Assembly (NCBI GenBank): GCA_016303175.1
Contig: JAEDMF010000001.1
Span: 1 to 43,356, forward strand
From: Bacteroidales bacterium
GTDB taxonomy: Bacteria; Bacteroidota; Bacteroidia; Bacteroidales; UBA932
Direction: 5' to 3'
Length of the DNA stretch: 43,356 nucleotides
Shown here: positions 9,734 to 19,323 of the stretch, one piece after another
How positions within the stretch are numbered: position 1 is the first letter of the stretch
Layout: each line of letters starts with the position of its first letter
Program-made: the position numbers and the translations under genes
The notes under the pieces: model-generated
What the model saw: the letters and a program-made list of their open reading frames with translations, nothing else
Databases searched by the model: none
What the model was told of the DNA's origin: nothing

Positions 9734-11431
9734 ATGATGAAAAGATATTTTGTAATAATCGCGGCGGCCCTTTCCCTGTGCTCCTGCTCTCTGAAGGAAA
9801 AACCTTTCAGCAGTTCGGCCGAGGGTGAGTACTATAAGAATTATACACAGTGCCGCACGGGCGTGAACGCTTGCTACAACCTCATCCGCAGTATTCTGGG
9901 AGGCCACAATGTATGGCTGGCTACGGAATGTACCACGGACTGCATGTACCTCAATTTGTCCACTATGGACAATGCCATACTGAACATTTCCCCTACACGT
10001 CCAGGTGTGGGCGCCGTGATATGGCAGTACGCGTATATGGGTGTCATGCGCTCAAATTCAATGCTTGCCGCAGTGGACGCCTGCCTTGCGGAGGGAGGAA
10101 TCACAGCTCAGGAGGCGCTGTCTTTGAGTGCTGAACTTGTCACTCTGAGAGCCTTTTTCTATTACCTGCTTACCTGCACCTTCGGAGATGTTCCCTATTA
10201 TACGGAGGTGGTCGATGAGAACAATCGTGCGCGCATCGCCTCCCTACCGAGGATGCCTGCCTCCGAAACGAGGGACGCCATCATCGATGAACTGATGCAT
10301 TACGTTATGCCTCAGGACCTTGGCGGTCTGGCCGCGATGCCCTTCAAGCGTTCGTACGATGCCCCTGTGGACAATAGGATGAATGCCCCCATAGCCTTGA
10401 TGCTGGCTGCGAAGATGTGCCTGTGGAACAGCAGATGGGATGACGCGGTCAAGGTGATTTCCGTGTTGGAGGACATCTACGGCCATTATGCCGACAACCC
10501 GGAGGCCTTCGGTGCGGATTATAAGATGACGGATATCCCCTTCAGCCAGAAATATACAAAGGAAAGCATTTTGGAAATACCCAATGTCTTCGAAGAATAC
10601 GGCAATCAGCAGACAGGGTATATAGCCGTGGTGACGACTCCCAGCAAGAGTACTGACGAAGTCGAGGGCGACGAAGGGGAGTACGCCATATCCGATCTGT
10701 ATGGAGGCATAGCCATACCCGAGTTGGGGACCAATGCCCGCATCAGTACCTCCGCCCGTCCCACGAGTTATTATTTTCAGACGGTGCTTCCCTACGACAG
10801 CCCTGACTTGCGTTCGGGCGAATATTCTGCCGGCGCGGAAGAGGCTAGAGGAGGTTCCGGAAACCTGGCTTGGCGCTGGAAGGCTTATGCGAGGGATGAT
10901 ACCCAGCGTCTGCCTGAGGACCACAAGGTAAGGTGGTTCAAGCAGAGTTCCGCCGCCACCGCCGCCAATCTTGACGCCGTGCAGCGCCCCTGGCTTGGCA
11001 ATAAATTCTGGTGCCCCGGAATGTATTATACCATGGACAGCAACAATCCCAAGTTCTTCCGTTTTGCGGATGCCCTGCTGATGATGGCCGAGGCCCAGCT
11101 CCGCAGCGGCAACCTGGACAGAGCCGCCGACTATCTGAATGTCACCAGGGTACGCGCAGGCTTGCAGAAACTCACTCCGGATGCAGTTGACGGCAACGCC
11201 GAGGCCCTTATGGAGGAAATACGCTTGGAGAGGGCGAGAGAACTTTTCGGCGAGTTCCAGAGAAAGTTCGACCTGGTGCGCTGGGGTATATGGTACGAAA
11301 GAACCTTGGCCTACAATGACGGCCTGTATCTGCCGGACTACATAAGGCCCTGTCACAGGTATTTGCCCATTCCTGCAGAACAGGTGACGTATTCCGGAGG
11401 GGCTTTGGACAACAGCGAATATGGAGAATAA
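9734..11431 (+). CDS. susD: SusD/RagB family surface lipoprotein
   Basis: Directly follows SusC. Lipobox LCSC. LRAFFYYLL...FGDVPY, FRFADALLMMAEA, LNVTRVRAG, ERARELFGEFQRKFDLVRWG and YLPIP motifs. Confidence 0.95.
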   Translation: MMKRYFVIIAAALSLCSCSLKEKPFSSSAEGEYYKNYTQCRTGVNACYNLIRSILGGHNVWLATECTTDCMYLNLSTMDNAILNISPTRPGVGAVIWQYAYMGVMRSNSMLAAVDACLAEGGITAQEALSLSAELVTLRAFFYYLLTCTFGDVPYYTEVVDENNRARIASLPRMPASETRDAIIDELMHYVMPQDLGGLAAMPFKRSYDAPVDNRMNAPIALMLAAKMCLWNSRWDDAVKVISVLEDIYGHYADNPEAFGADYKMTDIPFSQKYTKESILEIPNVFEEYGNQQTGYIAVVTTPSKSTDEVEGDEGEYAISDLYGGIAIPELGTNARISTSARPTSYYFQTVLPYDSPDLRSGEYSAGAEEARGGSGNLAWRWKAYARDDTQRLPEDHKVRWFKQSSAATAANLDAVQRPWLGNKFWCPGMYYTMDSNNPKFFRFADALLMMAEAQLRSGNLDRAADYLNVTRVRAGLQKLTPDAVDGNAEALMEEIRLERARELFGEFQRKFDLVRWGIWYERTLAYNDGLYLPDYIRPCHRYLPIPAEQVTYSGGALDNSEYGE

Positions 11432-11435
11432 GAGT

Positions 11436-11810
11436 ATGAAACGATATGCAATTCTGTTTGTGGCCGCAGTGATGGCCCTGTGTTCCTGCAGCAAGGAATG
11501 GACCTCCGGGCTGGATTTGGGCGTGAACAGCACGCGTGTGAATTTGGGACAGCTCTCGGATGATTTTGTATTGACCGTCTTTTCCAACCAGGCCTGGGAT
11601 GCCGAGGTTGTGGAAGGGGAGTGGCTCTCCTTGAAGGAGACGGGAGGTAGCGGCCTGGGTTATCTCCATTGCTCGGTGACGGATAATCTGGAGAATAATG
11701 CCAGAGTAGCCAAGGTGCAGTTGTCCTGCCCGTCCAGAACCATAGTGGTGAACATCGTGCAGTCGGGGAATGTGGAAACGGCGGCTTCAGTGCCGGATAA
11801 TTTGTTGTAA
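11436..11810 (+). CDS. Small BACON-domain lipoprotein
   Basis: MKRYAILFVAAVMALCSC lipoprotein signal. BACON signature SNQAWDAEV...WLSL...N...ARVAKV...VNIVQ. Confidence 0.8.
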   Translation: MKRYAILFVAAVMALCSCSKEWTSGLDLGVNSTRVNLGQLSDDFVLTVFSNQAWDAEVVEGEWLSLKETGGSGLGYLHCSVTDNLENNARVAKVQLSCPSRTIVVNIVQSGNVETAASVPDNLL

Positions 11811-11851
11811 GAAACGGCAGTTTTCAAATGTCACTTGCGAAATCCGAAAGT

Positions 11852-14101
11852 ATGAAAACGAACAAAAAATATATTTCATTGATTATTCTGCTTGCCGCCG
11901 CAGTTGCTTGTACGGTGCAGGATGGCCTGCTTCCTCCCGATGAAATAGGAGTGATTGAGGAGAATGTGGTGCTGGAGAGCGCCCCCGGAGTCTATGGCCT
12001 GAAGGTGCTCAGCGACGGGGTATTTACAGCAAGGCTTGCCGGGGAGGATTCCTGGCTTCGTTTTGAAGGGACTTCCTTACGCAGCATTTCAGGCAGTGGC
12101 GATCTTGTGCTGAATCTGGAATTTGACTACAACAGGGGTCTTTCCAGGACGGCGGTCCTCACCCTGGAGCGGGGCCGCAGGAGTATAGGCGTCAACATCA
12201 GGCAGGAAGGCATATTGTCGGACAAGATAGAGTTAGCCTCCCACAGCGTATCCGTGCCGGAGGACGGACAGGAGTGCTCAGTAAAGATACTTTCTCTTTA
12301 TTCTGACGACGACCTTGTCATAACTGTGGATTATGACGGTACGGGAGGTTGGGTACAGGATGTTCGCAAGGTCAACAACTTTGTGAAGTTCACCGTTGAC
12401 CCTAATCCGTCGGAACTCTCAAGGACAGCCTATGTCACAGTCACTTCAAAGGACGATGATTCGATATCGGATAAGATGCAGATATGCCAGATGGGCAGGG
12501 GCTCCGCGTACACGGAAATGAGCCTTGCCGATTTGAAAACCAAACTGACCGCCGCGGGGACGCTTGTCGTTGAGGAGGATTGGGTGATAGAAGGCGTGGT
12601 TTCCTCGGATGACAGCGAGGGCAATGGGGGAGAGAACTTGAGCGTGTCGGCCTCACTGCAGGATTTCAGCCGTTCTGCCCGGACAGTGTATATCCAGAAT
12701 GCGGAGGCCACCCACGGTTTGAGGCTGCTCTTTGACTCGGCGCAGGACAACATACTCAGGCGTTACGACAAGGCGGAAATTCTGTTGAAAGGGACAAGCA
12801 TAAAACGGCTCGGAGGCACCGCTGAAGATCCCCTGCGTTTTGAAATTACGGGTTTGAAGGCCTCCAATGTCATATCCTCAGCTTCGGGAAGCGCATATGA
12901 TCTGACGCCAAAGGAGAAATATATGGATGAACTTACCGACTCGGACGTGTACACCTACGTTACCCTCAAGGATTGCGAGATACCCGTGCGCAAGGGCCCT
13001 TTTGTGCCCATAGACCTGCGCCACAGGCAGCTCATCCACTCTTATCCTATGGTAATCCGTGACATAAAGGGTTCAACCTCCCATCTGATGACCAATCTCG
13101 GCGCTTCCTGGGAAAGGGACGGAGAGGGCATCCCCCAGGGTTCCGGCAGTATTTCAGGCGTGATTGTGCACGAAAGCTGCGACAATTTCGAGTGGGATGG
13201 CAGCGAGGCTATGCGCCGTCAGCAGGAGGGCATATTGCAGGATTACATCACAGGAATAGGAAATATAGGCAAGTATCAGATACGCCCCATTGCCAAGGAG
13301 GAAATCCGTGTCAGCGACGATTTTGAGGATGGTTTCTCCGGCCTACTTATGGAGCTGCGCTACTACAACAAGAGCAATGCGGAACTGGTCTGCAATGTGT
13401 CCGGCCAGACAATGTATTCCACATATCCGGCCGTTCCGGACCCTCTGTACGACCCTCAGGTCAAGGGAAGACTCTATGTGGTCAACAGCGACGGCAGCAA
13501 GGGGAATATAGTGATATGGCGTGACTGGACGCATCTCGGCCCTTATGAAAACGGCGAGATAACCGACCCTGCCCGGGGCAACGGAGTTTACGATTATTAC
13601 GGAGCCCCCGCCGAGTTCGCTCCCTATTCGCTGGTGTATAACACGGCTTTGATAATGAACTCCTCTGCCTGGTACGCTTCGGCAGGCTGGGGTCCCCAGA
13701 AATACTGGTGTGCCTCGTTCAGCACGGAAGGCCTTACCTCCGCCAACTTCCCCATTTCCGTTCAGATAGGAGCCGAATCGGGCTTGGGCAGGACTGTCGG
13801 AGCGCCGCGCTATTGGAACCTGGAATATTCAGTGGATGGTCAGAAGTGGACGACGGCGGCATCCTATACTGTGCCTGATTTCCCCGTGATAAGCAGCCGC
13901 AAACCCTGGCAATGTCCCGGACCCAAGTACGTGAGCATCAATCTTCCGGAAGATACGTCCCTGCTGGACAGGAACATTGTTTACGTGAGGATGAGACCTT
14001 CTTCTACCCAGGCCGGCACCACCGCTTCTTATGACGGAGGCACCATAGTGGAGGGAAGGGAGACGGCTATGAACTATTTTGCAGTCAGGTACAATAAGTA
14101 A
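11852..14101 (+). CDS. Lipoprotein with tandem BACON domains and DUF5689-like domain (putative surface binding protein)
   Basis: Lipobox AVAC after ATG 11852. Two BACON-like units (WLRF...N.GLSRTA...IRQ; GWV...NPS..SRTA...ICQ). DUF5689-like motifs IEGVVSSD, VYIQN, YVTLKDCE and PQGSGSISGVIV. Confidence 0.7.
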   Translation: MKTNKKYISLIILLAAAVACTVQDGLLPPDEIGVIEENVVLESAPGVYGLKVLSDGVFTARLAGEDSWLRFEGTSLRSISGSGDLVLNLEFDYNRGLSRTAVLTLERGRRSIGVNIRQEGILSDKIELASHSVSVPEDGQECSVKILSLYSDDDLVITVDYDGTGGWVQDVRKVNNFVKFTVDPNPSELSRTAYVTVTSKDDDSISDKMQICQMGRGSAYTEMSLADLKTKLTAAGTLVVEEDWVIEGVVSSDDSEGNGGENLSVSASLQDFSRSARTVYIQNAEATHGLRLLFDSAQDNILRRYDKAEILLKGTSIKRLGGTAEDPLRFEITGLKASNVISSASGSAYDLTPKEKYMDELTDSDVYTYVTLKDCEIPVRKGPFVPIDLRHRQLIHSYPMVIRDIKGSTSHLMTNLGASWERDGEGIPQGSGSISGVIVHESCDNFEWDGSEAMRRQQEGILQDYITGIGNIGKYQIRPIAKEEIRVSDDFEDGFSGLLMELRYYNKSNAELVCNVSGQTMYSTYPAVPDPLYDPQVKGRLYVVNSDGSKGNIVIWRDWTHLGPYENGEITDPARGNGVYDYYGAPAEFAPYSLVYNTALIMNSSAWYASAGWGPQKYWCASFSTEGLTSANFPISVQIGAESGLGRTVGAPRYWNLEYSVDGQKWTTAASYTVPDFPVISSRKPWQCPGPKYVSINLPEDTSLLDRNIVYVRMRPSSTQAGTTASYDGGTIVEGRETAMNYFAVRYNK

Positions 14102-14108
14102 TCCCGAT

Positions 14109-17100
14109 ATGAAACCCAGCTTGAAAATCTGTGATATGCTCAGGCACCTGACGGCAGCGTCACTATGCCTTTTTGCATTCTGGAGCGCTTCGGCTCGTAC
14201 AGTGCGAGTGCACACTCAGGACGAGATGAACAAAACTCCCCATCAGCTTAATTCCCACGCCGGAGAGGAGAAGCACAGCAGCCTCGAGCCCATATACAGG
14301 TACACCAGTGTGCTTAAACCTTCTGCTCTCATTCCGGGAACCGTGCCTGTCGAGCAGCGCAATCCTTGGTATCCGAGAATCAAGTCCCTGCCTGACGGCA
14401 CCTATATAATGACTTATCAGGGTGGCCAGGTTTCTTCCCGCACTTTTTCTTCCTTCAGCTCTGACCTGCTGCACTGGACTATGGGCAAGGTCACATCCAC
14501 CCCGCAGAAGGTGACGGTGGACGGGGCGGAGGATTATACCAGAATGTCGGGTTTCGAGACGGCAGTTCTCAGTAACGGCACCTTGCTGGGAGTCAGGAGC
14601 GTAAGGTCTACAAATGCCTATAAGAAGACCGGGGCGGGCTGTGGCATAGATTGTATGCGCAGTCACGACAACGGCAGAACCTGGACCCGGCCCATAAGGA
14701 TATACGAGGGCCCCAACTGGGAGCCTTACATACTGGAACTTCCCGACAGTACAGTGCAGGTGTATTTCACCGATACGAACCCTGTTTTGGGCAGTTCCTG
14801 CACTAGCGTGCTTGAAAGCCGCGACGGCGGAGTGAACTTCGGTCCCAAGAGCGTAGTCTGCCGCCAGTTCAAGTATTACGACAACAGTTTGAGGGTTTAT
14901 ACGGATCAGATGCCTGTTTTCCGTTTGCTGAACGACGGCAAGACCCTTTTCGGCATAGTCGAGGACAGGCTCGAAGAGGAAGGCCCCGGCACGCCCAGCA
15001 GTTATTACATATCGTTGGTGCGCAATCCGTCCACCCGGTGGGAGCCTCTCGCCTCCTCCAAGGAAGGTCCAGCCGATAAACAAAAGAATATATTGAGGGC
15101 CAACTCCGGCTATGTGGTGACCCTGCCTTCCGGAGAGGTGGTCATATCCACCGGCATAGAAGGCCGCCATTCCGTCAAGCTAGGCAATAGCACGGCTACC
15201 GAATGGAACGGGCGTAACTTCGCTTCGGACTGGCTCCAGCCCTTTGACCTTCGCGGTTGCTGGGGCAGCATCGAGGCCACTGCGGACAAGCATCATATCA
15301 TTTCTTGCATGGACTCGGGAGAGAACGGCATATGCCTGGCCTTGTCTTATTTGAACCACCGCATCACGGCTCCTCTGCAGCAGACAACCCTGGACGGGGA
15401 TTGCGGCGAATGGCTTGGCGACGAAGCCCTTTTCATCGGGTCTGACAGCCCGGTGGAGACCATCTTCCGCGCCAGCCACGATGGCAAGGACCTCTTCATT
15501 GCCGTGGAAATAGTCGGAGAACAGGCGCAGGAGAGTAAAATTAACCTGAAACTCTGTGTCGAGGGAGCCAAACTGAAAAAGGGAAGCTATGCGGATGTTG
15601 CCATTTCCAGCGGCAAGCTGGACAATGCGTCAGTGGAAGGGGTGAGACTGCAAGCCTCCGCCGGTTTCACTTCTGACAACCGTAAAGGTTTTGTATATGA
15701 ACTGGCCCTGCCTCTTGCATCCATAGGAGCTGTTCAAACTTCTGCCCTTTGCTTCTGGGCGTCCGTGGACGGAGACAGCTTCTTCAATGTGTCGGCCAAA
15801 AATCCCTCCACCTGGCAGAGGATAGCTCTCAGTGGAGAAAAGTTGCCCGTGCCCTTCCACACTTCCCATCGGGGATACGAGCAATACAGTCGCCTGCAGC
15901 CTATGCCTGCATATTCGGGACAATTGGACTCCGGCCGGATGCTCAAGGGAGTGCCTCCTTCGGCGAAGGAGCAGCAATTCTGTTGTTATCCTCGTATCAA
16001 GAAGATGGCTAATGGTAGTTACATAATGTTCTATATGGGAGGCCGTTTCGGTTCCAGAATATGGTGCAGCGTCAGTCCCGACTTCAAAGAGTGGAGCGAG
16101 CCGCAAATGCTCTTTTCACCCTACAGGGTGGCCATGGAGGACGGCACCACGGATGTGAGACGTTTCGTGAATCCGGATGCCCTTGTGCTGCCTGACGGAG
16201 AAATAATACTTATATGCTCTTTCAGGGCGGCCGCCCATTACTCCAAGGGGCAGGGCTCGGGCCTTATGATACGCCGTAGCAAGGACAACGGCCAGACTTG
16301 GAGCGAGCCCTATCAGATTTCGGATGTCTGCAACTGGGAACCCTATCTGCTGCTGTTGCCCGACGGACGCATACAATGTTACCTTACCCACGGAGTTCCC
16401 CAATATTGGAATTCAGGTACTTCCGTGATGACTTCGGAGGATGGAGGATACACCTGGTCAGCTCCGATGCGTTGCTGCCGCCAGTACAAGTACGATTATC
16501 AGGGGCAGAAGATATTCACGGACCAGATGCCCTGCTTCAAATTGCTTGCCGACGGCAAGACTCTCGTGGGCTGGATGGAGGCCCGTCTGGAAACCAAGGT
16601 GCCTTTGGACTACAAGGACAAGAATTACTTTGCTTCCTACTGTAAAATGTCCCTTGTTTACAACGATGGCCCGGACTGGAAGGATTTGGGAGAGAACACC
16701 GCAGGCCCCTCGCGCCGCCATTCCAATGTGGATAAGGGTGCGGGCGGATATGTGGTGACTTTCCCCAGCGGAGAGGTGGTCATAGGCTGCGGCAAGAACA
16801 GCATCTACAGGATGAAATTGCTCGATTCAGACGCCCAGCTGGTCAGGGGCGACAATTGGCAGGACAACTGGACTGCGGCTCTGCCCGGGAAGGGCTATTG
16901 GGGCACAATGGAGGTGGACGGCCCCCAAAGTCTGGTGTGCGCTATGCACGAGGACAAGACGGGAGGCATTCAACTTGCCCGCTTCTGGCTCAACCACGTG
17001 CTTTTCGCGCCTCAGGGAGGGATGTCGGAAGACTGCTTCCATCTGTCCACCAAGGAGGCTCAATTGGAAATTCGTGCAGGCCGCTACGACGCTGACCTCG

Positions 17101-17357
17101 TGCTTGCGACGGCCCTTGAGGGCAAGTTCAAGTCTGCGGAAATCAGACTCTGCGCCCGTGGTTCGAAAAAGTACAAAAGCGTAAAAGTGGAAGCTGGGGA
17201 CACCCGTATCTCTATTCCTCTTCAGGAGCTGGAGGGACTTTCGTCGGGTGACGAGGTCTGCATCTTCGCAAGTCTTACCTCGGATTATAATACTGCTACT
17301 TTTACGGGGACTAAGATAACTGACAGCAACACATGGCAAAGAATAGTATTGAAATAA
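14109..17357 (+). CDS. Secreted protein with two tandem Asp-box (BNR/sialidase-fold) beta-propeller modules, each followed by a DOMON/CBM9-like beta-sandwich; putative glycoside hydrolase
   Basis: Signal peptide ...FAFWSASA. Asp-boxes SHDNGRTW, SRDGGVNF, SKDNGQTW and SEDGGYTW. Duplicated YPRIK, NWEPY, TDQMP, PSGEVV, LNH and TWQRI motifs. Start is 14109 or 14136. Confidence 0.75.
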   Translation: MKPSLKICDMLRHLTAASLCLFAFWSASARTVRVHTQDEMNKTPHQLNSHAGEEKHSSLEPIYRYTSVLKPSALIPGTVPVEQRNPWYPRIKSLPDGTYIMTYQGGQVSSRTFSSFSSDLLHWTMGKVTSTPQKVTVDGAEDYTRMSGFETAVLSNGTLLGVRSVRSTNAYKKTGAGCGIDCMRSHDNGRTWTRPIRIYEGPNWEPYILELPDSTVQVYFTDTNPVLGSSCTSVLESRDGGVNFGPKSVVCRQFKYYDNSLRVYTDQMPVFRLLNDGKTLFGIVEDRLEEEGPGTPSSYYISLVRNPSTRWEPLASSKEGPADKQKNILRANSGYVVTLPSGEVVISTGIEGRHSVKLGNSTATEWNGRNFASDWLQPFDLRGCWGSIEATADKHHIISCMDSGENGICLALSYLNHRITAPLQQTTLDGDCGEWLGDEALFIGSDSPVETIFRASHDGKDLFIAVEIVGEQAQESKINLKLCVEGAKLKKGSYADVAISSGKLDNASVEGVRLQASAGFTSDNRKGFVYELALPLASIGAVQTSALCFWASVDGDSFFNVSAKNPSTWQRIALSGEKLPVPFHTSHRGYEQYSRLQPMPAYSGQLDSGRMLKGVPPSAKEQQFCCYPRIKKMANGSYIMFYMGGRFGSRIWCSVSPDFKEWSEPQMLFSPYRVAMEDGTTDVRRFVNPDALVLPDGEIILICSFRAAAHYSKGQGSGLMIRRSKDNGQTWSEPYQISDVCNWEPYLLLLPDGRIQCYLTHGVPQYWNSGTSVMTSEDGGYTWSAPMRCCRQYKYDYQGQKIFTDQMPCFKLLADGKTLVGWMEARLETKVPLDYKDKNYFASYCKMSLVYNDGPDWKDLGENTAGPSRRHSNVDKGAGGYVVTFPSGEVVIGCGKNSIYRMKLLDSDAQLVRGDNWQDNWTAALPGKGYWGTMEVDGPQSLVCAMHEDKTGGIQLARFWLNHVLFAPQGGMSEDCFHLSTKEAQLEIRAGRYDADLVLATALEGKFKSAEIRLCARGSKKYKSVKVEAGDTRISIPLQELEGLSSGDEVCIFASLTSDYNTATFTGTKITDSNTWQRIVLK

Positions 17358-19150
17358 TGTTTTCCATTGCCCTTTTGATGGGCATTGCGGCGTGCACCAA
17401 GCCTTCTCAAGGTGGAGGACAGGGGACTTCACCCGAGGAGCCTCTTCTGCATACTGTGTGGGATATGAACTTGGAGGAAGCCGTAATCAACTCCCATGCC
17501 GGGGAGGAACTCGGCAGTGTCCTTCAGCCCATGTATTCGATGAAGCAACTTATCCCACACTCGAAACTGCTTGTGGGGCAGCCTTCGTCCACCATCGGCA
17601 CGAACAATTATTTCAGCTGCTACCCTCGCATCAAGAAACTTAAGAACGGCGCTTTCCTGCTTCTGTACCATTATGGTCAGTACGGCGGCAGAATATGGTG
17701 CAGTACTTCCGACGATTTCAAGACTTGGTCAGCGCCCTATATGCTTTATGAGCCTTATCAGGTATCATTCGCGGATGACAGCGGCAAGAATGTCAGTGAC
17801 ACCCGCCATTTTGTCAATCCCGATGCCGTGGTGCTGGATTCGGGCGAGATACTGATGGTATGCTCCTACAGGGCGGCGAGCCATTACGGCAGCGGTCTGG
17901 ACTGCGGACTCTCCTTCCGCCGCAGCACCAACAACGGCCGCACTTGGTCCCAGCCGCGCGAACTGCCCGTGGGACCTAATTGGGAACCCTACCTCCTCCT
18001 TCTTCCCGACGGCAGACTGCATTGCTATTATACTGACGCCATCCCCCAGACGCGCAACTCCGGCACGGCTCTGATTGTCTCTGAGGACAATGGCCATACC
18101 TGGAGCGAGCCCATACGTGTGTGCCAGCAGTACAAATATGATTACAAAACTGCCAATGCTGAATATTCCAAGTACAATGGCCAGAAGATATACACGGATC
18201 AGATGCCCTGCTTCCGCGTGTTGAACGACGGCAAGACCATAGCCGGGTGGCTGGAAGCCCGCCTGGAGAATCCCACGCCCTCCGATTGCGCCGACAACAG
18301 CACCTACAACAGCTATTGTATGATGTCCCTGGTTCGCAATCCTTCCCTTGACTGGAAGGACCTCACCTCTTATAATGTAAAGGTGGAAGGCCCCTCTGAC
18401 AGGCAGACAAACGTGATGAGGGGGTCAGGCGGATATATTTCCACTTTCCCCAGCGGTGAGACTGTACTTTCTTTTACCGTGGGCAACCTGTTCAAACTTA
18501 AACTTGGAGATGCTTCTGCAAAAAAATTCAGAGGCTCCAAATGGACGGACGATTTGATGCAGGCCCTTGACTATAAGGGCTTCTGGGGTTGTACCGAGGT
18601 CTTCGGGCAGAATTGTATGGCGGTCGGGATGCACAGCAAGGATAAAGGTATGCAGCTCGGGATGATGTATCTGAATCATCGCATAGATGCTCCTTCCTGC
18701 TCTGTTGAGGTAGATGGAGACACACAGGAATGGACAGGTACGAGAGCCTTGTACCTGAGCGCTCCCGACGGGGCGGAGGCCATAATACGCGCTGCCTGTG
18801 ACCCGTCTAACATTTACCTTGCGGTGGAGCGTCTGGACGAGAACGTGGATGATACTGACATACAGAATATTATATTGTCTGCAGGAGACGCCCAATATAC
18901 CTTGAAGGCAGGGCCTTCCGGCGCTTCGTCTTCCGGGATTTCAGGTCTGGAGGCCGTAAGCCGCAGGGCCTCTTGCGACAGGGGCGGAGGATACATATGC
19001 GAAATCCGCATTCCCCGCTCTTCCATAGCGGCGCAGTCTGCCTCCACTCTGCGCATATATGCTGACATTGTCTCCGGGGGGACCAGATATCCGTTTACCC
19101 TTGCGGACACTTCCAACCCTGATACTTGGCAAAAAATAAACCTCAAATAA
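17333..19150 (+). CDS. Lipoprotein with one Asp-box beta-propeller module plus DOMON/CBM9-like domain; paralog of the upstream gene
   Basis: Lipobox IAAC. Asp-boxes STNNGRTW and SEDNGHTW. Same NSHAGEE, YPRIK, NWEPY, TDQMP, DGDxxEW and TWQKI motifs as the upstream gene. Alternative start at 17357 (TAATG overlap). Confidence 0.75.
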   Translation: MAKNSIEIMFSIALLMGIAACTKPSQGGGQGTSPEEPLLHTVWDMNLEEAVINSHAGEELGSVLQPMYSMKQLIPHSKLLVGQPSSTIGTNNYFSCYPRIKKLKNGAFLLLYHYGQYGGRIWCSTSDDFKTWSAPYMLYEPYQVSFADDSGKNVSDTRHFVNPDAVVLDSGEILMVCSYRAASHYGSGLDCGLSFRRSTNNGRTWSQPRELPVGPNWEPYLLLLPDGRLHCYYTDAIPQTRNSGTALIVSEDNGHTWSEPIRVCQQYKYDYKTANAEYSKYNGQKIYTDQMPCFRVLNDGKTIAGWLEARLENPTPSDCADNSTYNSYCMMSLVRNPSLDWKDLTSYNVKVEGPSDRQTNVMRGSGGYISTFPSGETVLSFTVGNLFKLKLGDASAKKFRGSKWTDDLMQALDYKGFWGCTEVFGQNCMAVGMHSKDKGMQLGMMYLNHRIDAPSCSVEVDGDTQEWTGTRALYLSAPDGAEAIIRAACDPSNIYLAVERLDENVDDTDIQNIILSAGDAQYTLKAGPSGASSSGISGLEAVSRRASCDRGGGYICEIRIPRSSIAAQSASTLRIYADIVSGGTRYPFTLADTSNPDTWQKINLK

Positions 19151-19158
19151 CACTCATT

Positions 19159-19305
19159 ATGGTACATTTCATCAATTATCAGCCTCCTTATGTGGAGGTA
19201 TTGGAGTACGAAAACTTCGAGCACGAAATATGTGCGGCCAGCACCCTTACGCTGGAACAGAACACGGGCGCAACCTGGGTGCAGGGAGAAGGCCTGGAGT
19301 GGTAA
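19159..19305 (+). CDS. 48-aa small peptide with YxxP...EV...ICAAS motif (absent from the ORF track)
   Basis: Manual translation: MVHFINYQPPYVEVLEYENFEHEICAASTLTLEQNTGATWVQGEGLEW*. Fills the intergenic gap almost exactly: 8 nt after the upstream stop and 18 nt before the next ATG. Confidence 0.7.
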   Translation: MVHFINYQPPYVEVLEYENFEHEICAASTLTLEQNTGATWVQGEGLEW

Positions 19306-19323
19306 CTTTAAATGAAGAGTATT

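Noticed and set aside
14109..19150. Calling the Asp-box proteins GH33 sialidases
   Set aside because: Asp-boxes are not specific to sialidases, no RIP motif is seen, and no nan catabolic genes are in the window.
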